64,000 bases of DNA, from NCBI GenBank assembly GCA_010405405.1, contig MU004233.1, positions 127,067 to 191,066 of the forward strand, written 5' to 3'. The notes beneath the pieces are model-generated. The model was not told the DNA's origin. It saw nothing but the letters and a program-made list of their open reading frames with translations, and did not search any database. Made by a program: the position numbers and the translations under genes. This DNA is from Microthyrium microscopicum (taxonomy: Eukaryota). This document shows positions 25,900 through 37,789 of this stretch, piece after piece. The first letter of the stretch is position 1, and each line of letters begins with the position of its first letter.

Positions 25900-28800
25900 G
25901 AGACGCGTAAAGAAGCTAAATAAGTAAGAAGTATATAATTAGTAATAAAAGAAGAATAAACTTAACTCTAAGCTAGTTCTCTCTAAAGAATAAATCTAAT
26001 ATAAGGTTAATAAAACTATCTAATACCTAGAAGGTAATCTCTAATAAGCATTATTCTTAGAGCCTATTATATTTAATAATACTAAGCTAGCTATTATTAA
26101 GATATCCCTTATCTTTATAATATATAATTTCTACTCTTAAGAAGTAGCTATTATACTTATAGTAAGTAATTAGTAGACTACTTATAGTATTATATTCTCT
26201 TTAAAGTAAGGCTACTACTTAAAAATTAATATTCTTATAGATACTAGGAGTAGAGTAATAGGAATCATCTACTCTAACTTTATTAAATAATATAAGATCC
26301 TTACTATTAATCTCTCTACTCCTTAAATTATATAATTAGCTAATAGTAAAGCTATTATAAAAGTTAATAAAGCTACTATAGTTAACGTTTATTTAGAAAG
26401 GTATATTAAATAAATCTACTACTTTATTATAAACGTTACTAGCTATAATCTTATTCTTAGTAACCTATAGATTAACCTCTATAAGGTTACTCTTAAAGAA
26501 AGAAAGAAGTAAATTCTTTTTAATTTAGACTACTACTTAATATACTACTTACTAGCTAGTTATTTAATCTTAATAGATTATAAAGGTTACTTAGTTAACT
26601 TAACTAATTTTTACTTTAAGAATATTACTATAGTTAGCGCTACTATCTTTATTAAGTTACTTAAATAAGACTAGTAATTTAGTAAAATTTAGCCTAATAA
26701 CTTTAAAGATAAGAAGAATAAGAAACCTCTAAACCTAGACCCTATATTAAAAGAAGATATTATTATTAACTTAGATAAAATCTTACTTAAGGACTTTAAA
26801 AAGTAGTAAGAGAAATATAATAAGCCTTCTCTTTTATAAGAAGTGATTCTTAAATACTTACTAAAAGAATATTATTATTATATAGACGTCTTTAATCTAA
26901 AGTTAGGTAATAAACTTATACTATATTATAGTAAATAGGATTACTTTATTAATATTATTTTAGATACTACTATTTTTAAACGCTACTATAATAGCCTAAG
27001 TTACTAAGAATTTCTTATAGTTAAATAATATATTAATTAAATACTTAGCTAAGACTAAGTTTAAGTTAGTAAATTATATTACGCTATACTAATATTATAT
27101 ATATATAAGCTAGGAGAAGGAATTTAAGTTTATATTAACTACTATAGACTTAATAAGATTATATAAAAGAATTATAACGTTTCTTTATAGCTACTAGAAA
27201 TACTTACCTATATCTATTACGTAAAATACTTCTCTAAATTTAATATTATTACTACCTTTATATATATCTATATTAAACCTAGTAATAAATATAAAACTAT
27301 ATTTCTAACTTATTATAAGTTATATAAATTTAAAGTTATACTCTTTAGCCTTACTAGAGCTCTAAGGACTTTTTAGGCTTATTTTAACTATATCCTAATT
27401 AATTACTTAAATAACTTTATTATAGGCTATATAGATAATCTATTAGTCTTTAATAATACTAAAGCTAGCTATACTACTTATATTTACTTAGTCTTAGAAG
27501 TAATAAATAAAGTAGGATTATACTTAAATATTTAGAAGTATAAATTTAATACTTAATAAGTTAAATACCTTAGCCTAATTATTACTATTAAAGGTATTAA
27601 GATAGACCTAGAGAAGATTTAAAGCATAGTTAATTAGTAATGTTTTTCTTTAGTAAAAGATATTTAAGCTTTTTTTAGCTTTGCTAATTTCTACTACTAA
27701 TTTATCTTTAAATATTTAAAGACTATAGTACTACTAATAGTACTTATAAAGAAGGACGCTATAGTAATTTTTCCTTAGGACCTTAATAGGCTAAAGGAAC
27801 GTATATTTAAGAAGTTAAAATAAGACTTTATATTTACTAAAATATTATATTACTTTAACTATATAAAAGAAATATAGCTAGAGATAGACGCCTTAGATTA
27901 AGTTTATACTATAGTTCTCTCTTAAAAAGGTAATAATAGAAAGCTTTACCTAATTATATACTTCTTAAAGAAAATAACCCTAGCTAAATATAATTATAAT
28001 ATTTATAATAAAGAGCTTCTAGCTATTATTTATATATTTAAAGAGTAGGAACTAGAGCTATTTAGCTCTATTAACTCTATTTAAGTATTCTCTAATTATT
28101 ATAACCTTTAGATATTTATAATAATAAAACGTTTCTCTTAATAATAAGCTAGATAGGCTAAGTTTCTCTCTTAGTTTTACTTTAAAATAAAGTACTACTT
28201 AAGTATAGCTAATAGAAAAGTAAATGCCTTTACCTATTAGTTATAAGATATTTTATAAAGTAATAATAATCCTTACGTCTCTTAATAGGTTTATTCTTTA
28301 CTATTTCTATACTAATTTAATATAAAGTATATAGTAAAGCTAGCTATATTGCTTATTAAACTTATCTATTTCTTAATACTATACTTAGCTATTATTATTT
28401 AGGATAAGTTAGATATTTCTAATCCTATAGGTAAGCTACTTAATCTTATAGAAGAGTCTCTTAGTAATAATAAAACGCCTAAGGGTAAGCTACTTAATCC
28501 TTTAAAAGATAATCTATTCTTAGATTTTAATAGTAACTAGTTTCTATAAGATATTATAAACGTAGTAAAGTATAACTAAATAATAATTACTATTTATTAT
28601 ACTAAAACTAACTACTAGCTCTTCTTACTTTTTAGTACTCTAGAATAAGAATAGATTAAGCTTAAGGATTACGTAGTAGCTACTAATAAGATAATTCTTT
28701 ACTATAACTAAATCTTTATTTCTTAAAGTAAGCTTTAATATTACGCTATATAGAGCGTATATAGCTATAAAGCTATAAGCTATAATAGAGTAGTAATAAC

Positions 28801-30150
28801 TTACTACTACTTATAAGAAGATTACTAGTAGCCTAAAATATTATAAGACGTTAAGAGCTTTATTAAAGGCTATAAATACGTATTTACTAAACTTATTTAT
28901 TAAAAGAAGTAAGGTTTCCTATATTAATTTCCTCTCTCTAAGCATATATAGTCTAATATTTCTATTAACTTTATTATCTTACTACCTTACTATTTATATT
29001 AAGGCATAATTTACTAATATATTATAGTAGTTATTAACTAATATATATAGACTTAACGTTTTATTCTACTACTAAACCTATTTATAGACTTAATAGTACT
29101 AGCCTTTATTAACTATATATAGAAGCTTATTAGCTAGCTATTAATAATTCTTTTAAATTATAGTAGTTAATTTACTTTTATATTTTAGAAGCGCTTATAT
29201 AAACGCGTAGGTATAATACTCTATCTTAGTATAGTATTTTACTCTAAAACTAATAGTATAATAGAAATCTTAGTTACTATACTTAAGTAATTCTTACGCA
29301 CGTTTATTAACTAGAATTAAGATAACTAAGTAGCTCTTTTGCCCTTTACTAAATTTGTAGTTAATTCTACTATAAACATTATTATAGAAGTTATACCTTT
29401 TAAAGCTTAAAATAGATTTAATTCTTAATTAAGCCTTAAGTCCTTATATTATTTTTTAAAACCTATAAATATCTTTATAGCTATTAATAAGGAAGCTATT
29501 AATATAGATATAATATAAAAGAATTACGTTAAGATATATAATTATTTAATAAAGTAATTAATTTAGATATAAGCTTAGTAGGTAGAATATACTAATCGCT
29601 ACTATTATATAGCTCTAGACTTATTACTAGGCAATTAGGTTTGCTTAGATATATAGAACTACTTTACTTTACGTTTCTTAAAGACTCTAGATAATAAGAA
29701 TATAGGCCTTTTCTATATAATTAAGAAGATTAATACTATTACCTATAAACTTAATCTTCTATCTTCTATAAAGATATATAATATTTTCTATACCTAGGTT
29801 TTTTACTATATTATAGACGACGCTAAGCTACTTAAGTATACTAATCTACTACTAGTAGTTATTAAAGAAACTATAGATAATAATAAATAGTTTATTAATA
29901 CTATTATTAATAGTTACTTTATTAGTTAATATAAGAAGCTATAATATAAGATTAAGTATACTAGTTATAATAAAGTAGAATAGTATAATTAGATAGCTAT
30001 TAAGAATATACTAAAGCTTATTACTAAGTTTTACGCTTAGTATCTTAGTAAGCTAAGCCTATATTCTACCTAGATACTACTAATACTAGAGCCTACTAGC
30101 AATAGTATTAATTATAACTCTAATAGCGTTCTTACTAATTAGGAGGCGTA
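25900..30150 (+). pseudogene. pol relic (protease, RT, RNase H, integrase, chromodomain)
   Basis: Protease ILIDTRS (=DTGS) ~26231. RT YINYYRLNK (=CVDYRGLNK) ~27131, VILFSLT (=MPFGLT) and YIDNLLV (=YxDD) ~27428. RNase H EIDALD (=ETDASD) ~27881 and NYNIYNKELLAII. Integrase ISINFI (=ISMDFI), LSIVFYSKTNS (=STAFHPETDG) and a GPF-like motif ~29705. Chromodomain-like YKIKYTSY (=YKVKWTGY) ~29945. Confidence 0.9.
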
Positions 30151-30362
30151 AATAATTATATTACTAATTCCTCTATATTAATAGAATTACTAACTACTAA
30201 ACTACTAGGACTTAAGAACTAGAGTATTCTAAAAATATTTTAGAGTTTATTAATGCTTCTTAATAGTTACCTTAGTAAGCTAGAAGTTAAAATACTCTAA
30301 ACGACTAATAATTAGTATTGTACTATAAAAAGATTAAAATATCATTTATTACTAAAAGTTTA

Positions 30363-30428
30363 TTAGACTAGACTAGACTAAACTAGACTAGACTAAACTA
30401 AACTAGATTAAAATAGAATAGATTAGAA
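30363..30428 (+). repeat. (TAGAC/TAAAC)n pentamer microsatellite in the Gypsy 3' UTR
   Basis: TAGACTAGACTAGACTAAACTAGACTAGACTAAACTAAACTAGATT.., directly upstream of the PPT region. Confidence 0.8.
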
Positions 30429-30484
30429 AAGTAGATATAATTAATAGTCTATAGCCTAGAGAGCTATACTAAAGAAAAGGGTTA

Positions 30485-30711
30485 TATAATAATTCTTCTT
30501 TATAGGCTTTATAGCAGTGTTATAAGAGAGATCTTATTATAAGATTACGTACTAGACCTAAGAGGATTAGCGCGCCTAAGGATCTACAAAACAGACTTAC
30601 TTCTCTCATAGATCTATAGCTCTTCTAGATCTTCTTCTCTCTTTCTCTTATTTATAGATTCTAGAATACAATCTAATTATCTACTCGCTCTAAGTTTCGT
30701 AGCTCATTACA
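30485..30711 (+). repeat. 3' LTR
   Basis: 227 bp, preceded by polypurine tract AAAGAAAAGGG, ends CATTACA. Confidence 0.95.
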
Positions 30712-30716
30712 ATTAT

Positions 30717-31520
30717 TATAAAAGTCTAATAAACGTAGAAAAGGTACTATAGAAAAAGGTCCTAGTAGAAGTATTATAAAAGATAAAGCCTAAGAAGTAT
30801 TAAGCTAAGTAGCTAAAGGAACTCTAATAATAGTAAGAGGAGCTAGAAGGATTATAATAAGACTAGTAAGAATCTAACTAATTATAGTATACTATTTTAT
30901 AGAAAGCTTATTCTAAAGCTTAAATAACTTAATAAATAAAGTAGATTTATTAATCTTATTACTATTATTATCTAGATTATTATTAAGAATAATAGGAACC
31001 TTATTATTATTCTTAATAAGGGCATTATTACTATATTCTTAGTAGTCTATAATAGCTAATAGTTTACTAAGCTGCTTAAGACTAAGCTTAAAAGTATTAA
31101 AAATAATACCCTCTAGATTAGTAAAAGATTCTATTTCTTAATACTCTATAAGGGTATTATAAAGTTTACTAAGATTAAGGTCTTATTTAATAGTTATTAG
31201 TATATATATAATAGTTAATTAATATTAAAAGTACTTACTATAATAGTATAAGTATTAAAATTACTTACTTAATTATTATTATTATTATTAACGTCTATCC
31301 TATTACTATTCCTACTAATATTACTACTATTATTAGATTTATTATTATTATTAGAGTTATTAGAGTTTTTATTATTACTACTATCTTTATTATTACTATT
31401 TTTATAATAATGCTTTAAAAGGCGATACTCTAACTCTAATAATCTACCTATAGTAGTCTACTATACTACTTCTTTTTACTAACGCTTAGCTACCTTAGTT
31501 AGCTTACTAAAGCTATGAAT
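30717..31520 (-). pseudogene. 5' part of the transposase gene (acidic, low-complexity N-terminus), split off by the Gypsy insertion
   Basis: Reading frame continues across the ATTAT TSD into 23059 (..RLLDFYN|NKLKVVLY..). AAT/GAT-rich (poly-Asp-like) tract at ~31270-31400. Start approximate. Confidence 0.55.
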
Positions 31521-31999
31521 TATTTTTAGTTAAGCTATAACTACTTAGAAGTACAATATAGATAGTAGAACTAAATATAAAGTTAAGCGTAGTAAAATTA
31601 TAATAAATTAAAAGAATTAAATAATAGAGAATAGGAAGAGAAAGAGAAAGATAAAGAGAAAGAGGAAGAGGAAAATAAAGAAATAGACGATAGAACGTTA
31701 TTTAAAAAAATAAGGTTAAATATTTCTAGGTAGACTACCTAGTAAATAAAGGCAGAAGCAAATAACTAGACATTAAGGTATTAATAACCTCTTATAGCTA
31801 CCTACATATAGTTTTCTAGGTAGTTTAATCTAAATAGAACCTTAAAACTACTTAGTAATTATTTAGGTTATTTAGTATTGTAAATTAGTAAAATCCTATA
31901 TTATTTACTATAGTAATAGTAACTTTAAGATTAGAATTTTAGGAGTTTAGAATAATAGATATAGGAACTAGACTAGAAGGTATAATATAGACTATAACG

Positions 32000-34800
32000 T
32001 ATTATATAGGGTAAAGACTTAGAGAAATTCCTATCTAATATCTTCTTATATACTTATAAATATTAGATATAAATATAGTTAATTAATTTACTTTATTAAT
32101 ATACTATAAACAAATAATAGATATTATTATAAAGCGCTCTATTTACTACTTTATCTTCTTTACTAGCATTCTCTCTATCCTTATTAAGTAGCCTACTAAG
32201 TAAAGTAGTTAACTTAGCTTATCTAAACTATATTAAACTTAGACTTAATTAGTTTTTTAATCTACTACCTAATAATAAATATAATAATAGAGCTAGCTAT
32301 TAGCTAGATGCCTATAAAAAGCAAGTTAGTAGTAATTAACCGCCTAGATAATATATAAGTAGAGTAATAAGTAAATAAACTATTACTATAAGAATATTAA
32401 ATAATAATTAAAATAGTTAAAGAATTAGACTTATATATTAGTTAGGCTATACGTAAATTAATAAAAGGTCTTAGACTTATTATTAAGCTATACCTAAGCT
32501 TATAAGTAATAATAAGTATTTAATTTATTTAAGTAACTTAGAAATATATTCTATAGTCCTCTATAAAAGTATAATATCTTTTTAGATATAGATCTTACTA
32601 TAAGTACCTAAACGCTACTATTAGCCTATAGTATTACCTATAATTTAAGAAAGTAGAGGATAAGTAGGCTAATAATATTAACTAAGTAATAAAGAATCTA
32701 GAGAATCTATAATACTATTAGATTTAATTACTAATAGTAAGGCTTTATCTACCTTAAATAGAGATAAATATTCTAAGTTTAATAGAAGCCTATAAGCTAA
32801 AGCTTATAAGTATATATTTAAAAAGATTTATTAAAGGTTTATACCTATAAATATATATCTACTCTTTAATCTCTAACTACTTAATCTTATTAATATACCT
32901 AACTATAGTATATAGCTAAATATAAATACTTATAAGTAGAAGAAGCTAAAGTCTAGACGTAATATTATAGAGTAAGAATATATTAGTAATAACTAAGTAT
33001 AAAATTATATTATAAATAGTAATAAATAATATATAAGGTTAAGAATATAAAAGCTATTAATAATAAAAATATTATATAATAGTTATAATAATAAGATATT
33101 AAGATATAGCTAATATAAGAATAAAAATACTACTCTATACTAACTTAAGGAAGTATTACTACTAGTACTAGTAGCCTAACTAGTAGAACTACTTTTAATC
33201 TAACTAGTAGGTTTACTATTACTATCTAAATAATTATTAATTATAGTTTATTCTAAGGTAAATTTTACTACCTTTACCTTTTTTAAAGGATTCTTTTTAA
33301 TAGAGCTATAGTTCTAAAACGTATGTACAAAATACTTTAATACTATATTATAAATTAGTACTATACTTAAATAACTTTAAAATTAAGTAACTATCTAATA
33401 TATTATTACTAATCTAAAGTATAACGTAATACTATAAAATATAGTAATATATTAGATATAATATAAAAAAAATAAGCTTACTAATAAACTTAAAGTTATT
33501 AGTAAGAATAATACTATTATAGAAAACTAGTAAAAATTTATAAGCTATATAATTATTATTAGTAAGCAAGTTAGTAATAATATACTTATTCTTTTTTTAG
33601 ATATATATATCTACTTATGTACTAAGATTTACGTATATTTCTATAATTATAATTAGTTAAATTTAAATTATAAGTTTAAAATAAAAGTAAATTAAAATAA
33701 AATAAAATATAATACTAGTTATAAAGAATTTACCTTTTTTAAAGGCTAGCTTAGTCTAAGTCTTTTTAGTATCTAAACCTTTTCTTATATACTTTTAAGT
33801 AGTAAGAAAGTTTATAAGTAAATAAATTAGTTAAAGAGTTTTTCTCTAACTATCTAAACTTACCTTATTAAGAAGCAAATATCTAGAGTTAGCTATTAAA
33901 GACTAAATATAAGCCTATTTATCTAGTTAATTTTTATTTAAATATACGTATTTTTAATCTAATCTAGTTAATAAAAATAAATTAAATTAAATTAATTAAA
34001 TTACTATAAATTAAAGTAATCTAAATTAAATTACTCTAAATTAAAGTAATCTAAATTAAATTACTCTAAATTAAAGTAATTTAAATTAAAGTAATTTAAT
34101 TAATTTGGAAAAAGTATAAATAAGAGTATATTTAAGTAATATATATTAATATATAATTAAATAATAGAGAAGTAAAACTAATAAGTTATAAAATAAAAGT
34201 ATAGTAATAAATAAAGTAGAAAGTATAATAATAAATAAAGTAGAAAGAAGAAAATATATTAAGTTAGAATATAAGCTATAACTTACTTTAAAGAATATAA
34301 GTAACTCTTACTTTAACTACTTTATAGCGTCTATAAAAATAATATAACTAATAATAAACTAATTATCTTCTTCTAATATTTCTAGCGTAAGATATACTAC
34401 TTAAATAACTATAAGAAACTAAAACTAAGAATAGAAATAAAATATTTCTTATATATACTTCTTATATAATTACGCTAAAGCTATATCTTTAGCTTTAGCT
34501 ACTACTATAATTATAAGATTTATAATAATATCTAATAGCTACTTAGTAGTTAGAGTAAACTTCTTTTTATACTTCTTATAAAAAGTTACTTTACTATTAT
34601 ATATATTTTATAAATAGTTAAGAGGCTATATTATATTATATTAGATATAAGTATATATAATATATATATACTATTATATAATTAGAGGTTAAGATTAGCT
34701 ATTTTAGATACTACCTATATTTAACTAATTTATTATTAAATTTTAGCTATTTTAGGCACTACCTAGAGTTATAAAAGTTAATAATTAATTTATAAATATT
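32000..34800 (-). pseudogene. RIP-destroyed multi-exon gene relic inside the transposon (P/S/Q-rich C-terminal half), product unknown
   Basis: Minus-strand codon-like exon ~34290-34580 ending in GTAAGT, a further donor at ~33733, and a long frame 32130-33300 rich in TTA/CTA/TAA/TAG codons (RIP products of Pro/Ser/Gln codons). Boundaries approximate. Confidence 0.4.
33989..34106. repeat. Palindromic 30-bp-period tandem array bounded by a 17-bp inverted repeat
   Basis: CTAAATTAAATTACTCTAAATTAAAGTAAT occurs twice perfectly (34021-34080) plus degenerate copies. AAATTAATTAAATTACT at 33989-34005 pairs with AGTAATTTAATTAATTT at 34090-34106. Confidence 0.75.
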
Positions 34801-35305
34801 ACTATAAGAGAAGAAAGAAGCTAAAGAAGAGAATAAAGAAATAGATATAAAATATAAAAATAAGTAAAATTTTTATAATAAAATGTTACGTATTAAATTT
34901 TACTATTAGCCTAGAAGAAGAAGAAAAGAATTAAATTAAAATTAGCTTATAAAGTCTATTATAAAGTTTTATTTTATATTATATTATCTCTATACTATAT
35001 TAAGATCTCTATATTAAATCTATATAACTATTAGCTAGTTCTTATACTAAGATTACTAGCGTATACTAAGGTACTAATTTTATACTATTCTTATACTATT
35101 AACTTATAAATATACTATTCTTATACTATTAACTTTTCTATATATATATTAATTTTTATATATATTTAAAATTATACTATATATATTTCTATACTATTTA
35201 AACATAGTATTAAAAAATATATATATTAAAAATTACACGTATATATTCTTACATCATCTTTACACTATTTAAGCGCCTTACACGGAGTCCACACCGTGTC
35301 TAAAA

Positions 35306-35324
35306 ACCCAGGGTTCCGCTAAGG
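35306..35324 (-). repeat. Right terminal inverted repeat
   Basis: ACCCAGGGTTCCGCTAAGG, followed by CA. Confidence 0.9.
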
Positions 35325-35573
35325 CAGCTGAAGAGCAGGTTCTTCCGCTCAGCCACTCTCACGATATGCTGCGCCCCGCAAGACGAGATATCAATTCGCA
35401 AAGGCTTTTTTTCTTTGCTTGTCTACTCATCATCAGTAAAAACCAAGTCGTCCGACAGGACCTTCAATCTACCATTGATATCCAAGGAGCTAGGATCGTT
35501 CAGCATCATCACTTTTCGAACGACTCGCAAATTAGTAATTAGAGAGAATCGACAACTGCTATCTCAACCATCG

Positions 35574-37783
35574 ATGTCCTCTTCAGCCCCCATCCAGGCT
35601 CAGGAGGTGACGCCTGTTGAACATCTGGATGCCGCTTCGGATCAAAACGAATTTGTTCTTGCCCGCCCTGCTGCAACGGGTAGAGATGAAAGCAACGGCG
35701 AAAATCGCGGCTTCAATGGCTGGCCACGCACCCAAAACCAAAAACGGAACGGTGTTGATGCCTCAATTTGCGACATTTGGAAGAAGTCCAACTTTCAAGA
35801 GGCCATGAGTATATTGCCTGCACCGACTATACTTCTAGAACACACTAGTCTGGCGAAACTCGGCAATTGCTGCGACTTTTGTGCATATCTTAACGGCATA
35901 GTCTCTACGCCAAAGACTGACCAGCCAGATCCAGAACTGATGAAGCCTGAGTACTATATGCTCATACAGTCCACTATCGATTGCACCATTCTCGGCCGCA
36001 TCGTGTGTATGATGGATACCGCGAGCAGTTCGGTTACATTGATTCTACAAGGCACTGATGTGACAAGTGGCAAACGCAAAGCTCATGCTCCAACATCATT
36101 CAATCATGCGGATCTGCATTTAGCGAAATACTGGATGGTAACTTGCTCGAAATCCCAGAGCCAGTGGAACCCGCCTTTTCGGACACTACCTGAGAACCTG
36201 CGGTTTGTAGATTGTGTGACAAGCTCAATCGTTTTAGCACAACTGGCTTTGTCAAAGAGATATCTCTGCCTATCATATGTATGGGGTCGCTCTCACGCAA
36301 CTGACGAAGTAGACACGAACGGCCTTCTACCAGCAACACTACCAAACGTCATTAGAGATGCTATGGACGTTACTCAGGCCCTGGGATACCGATATCTCTG
36401 GGTGGATAGATACTGTATAAAACAGGACGATGAGGACAAGCACTCACAAATTAGGCTCATGGGCGCCATATATGAATGTGCAGAGCTCACGATAGTCGCT
36501 GCACATGGATCCAGTGCAGCTGATGGTAAGTCCTGCATTCTTAGTCAATGGTCTTACACACTTGCACCATAAATCTCGAAAATACTGTTCGATGGAATTT
36601 GGACAGGCTACCCTTGAGAGATTGAATAGACAGTCGTTGCTATAAGGAGAATTCTCTCATGAATGCAGGCTAATAAAAAGCAGGTCTCACCGGCGTTTTC
36701 GGGCAAAGGACAGAAATAGACGAGTTTCTACTCTCGAGCTTGCAGGTGAGAGTCATACTACGGCCCAGCAACCCGGCCTCTATCATCAATAATAGTGTAT
36801 GGTCCAGACGTGGCTGGACCTTTCAAGAAGCCCTTCTCTCTCGCAGAAGGCTTGTCTTTACCAAACATTCCATGTATTGGCAGTGTTGTTGTTTTATGGC
36901 AGTCGAGCCTGAACAGTCCAACGCGGATTCGAACATGGCCCTGACCTTTCCAATGGATCAAGTTGGCAGTGCACCTCTTGAAATCCTGAAACGTATAGAA
37001 GAATACTCCACACGACAACTCTCTCTGCAGGCCGATGCACTCAATGCAATGAGAGGAATATTCAGCGCCTTTACGAAGATGAATCCAGCTGTGTTGTCTC
37101 TTTACGGCATCCCATTTTGGCCCACGCCTCGCTATTCTACGAAAAACCGTTTCATGGCAGGTCTACATTGGAAGATGTTCTCACCTGGAAAACATCGACC
37201 TGAATTCCCATCTTGGTCCTGGCTCAGTCAGCAGGGAGCTGTCCATTTCGACAGAGATGTCCATTTTCCGCTGTTTTTGTCTATCGAGATCAAATTTACA
37301 CAGCCCAACGGACGTAAACTTGCATTGTCCGATATCTACGATAAGTTGGCAAAATCTCAAATATATGAGCGAGATGTTAGAAGCACATTGACTGTAAAAT
37401 GCTGGACTTTACCAGTAAAATCCATTCATTCGCCAAACTGGGATTCCTCCACGGAGATCTTAATCGTCTACCAAATAGCCGGCGAGGAAGTGCGGACTTC
37501 CGCTTGGCTGGACGCTGGACGCGCACGGTACGAAGAATATACGTCTGCTGCTCAAGCAGGAGAAATACAGGCACTATTGTGTGGTATCACGCCATTTGCA
37601 CATACGATTTTGGCAAAGAAGGCCGGGAACTCGTGGGGAAGAATTGGCATTGTTTCTCTGATGTCTTGGTCAAGCATTTCCAAAGTGCCATATGACGAGC
37701 GCATAAAGTCTGCCGTGGAGCCGCATCTACGCCGTCTGATAACGGACAAGGCATGCGTACGACAAACCCTTACTTTAATCTAG
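35574..37783 (+). CDS. HET-domain (heterokaryon incompatibility, TOL-like) protein, 2 exons
   Basis: YLCLSYVWG, LPNVIRDAM, RYLWVDRYCIKQDD, MGAIYECAELTIVAA, WSRRGWTFQEALLSRRRLVF, FPSWSW. Intron 36526-36683. Confidence 0.92.
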
Positions 37784-37789
37784 ACTTCC

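Larger units (their letters stand above)
23060..30711 (+). mobile_element. Ty3/Gypsy chromovirus-type LTR retrotransposon, full length (7,652 bp), RIP-inactivated
   Basis: TGTAATGA...TCATTACA termini, two 227-bp LTRs, 5-bp TSD ATTAT (23055-59 and 30712-16) and PPT at 30471-30481. Domain order gag-PR-RT-RH-IN-chromodomain. Confidence 0.95.
17007..35324 (-). mobile_element. Large RIP-degenerate TIR DNA transposon (CMC/CACTA-Plavaka-type); 18,318 bp, or 10,661 bp without the nested Gypsy
   Basis: TIR CCTTAGCGGAACCCT at 17007-17021 and AGGGTTCCGCTAAGG at 35310-35324 (18/19 when extended). CA on both flanks (17005-6 and 35325-6). ACACCGTGT-like subterminal repeats. The ends coincide with the AT-rich block, and a DDE transposase relic lies inside. 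Confidence 0.9.

Noticed and set aside
33989..34106. CRISPR-like array
   Set aside because: Eukaryotic context, no unique spacers, no cas genes; it is a simple tandem palindromic repeat.
17040..35280. Mitochondrial insertion, centromeric satellite or foreign AT-rich DNA
   Set aside because: TpA excess with CpA/TpG loss and decodable TE proteins indicate RIP-mutated nuclear repeats. A centromere role cannot be judged from sequence.
17010..35321. Academ-type element with TAG..CTA termini
   Set aside because: The inverted match extends three more bases (CCT/AGG), no TSD exists with TAG ends, and the transposase motifs are CMC-like.
17007..35324. Starship (tyrosine-recombinase giant element)
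   Set aside because: No DUF3435 captain is recognisable at either end; symmetric TIRs, a 2-bp TSD and a DDE transposase relic explain the block.
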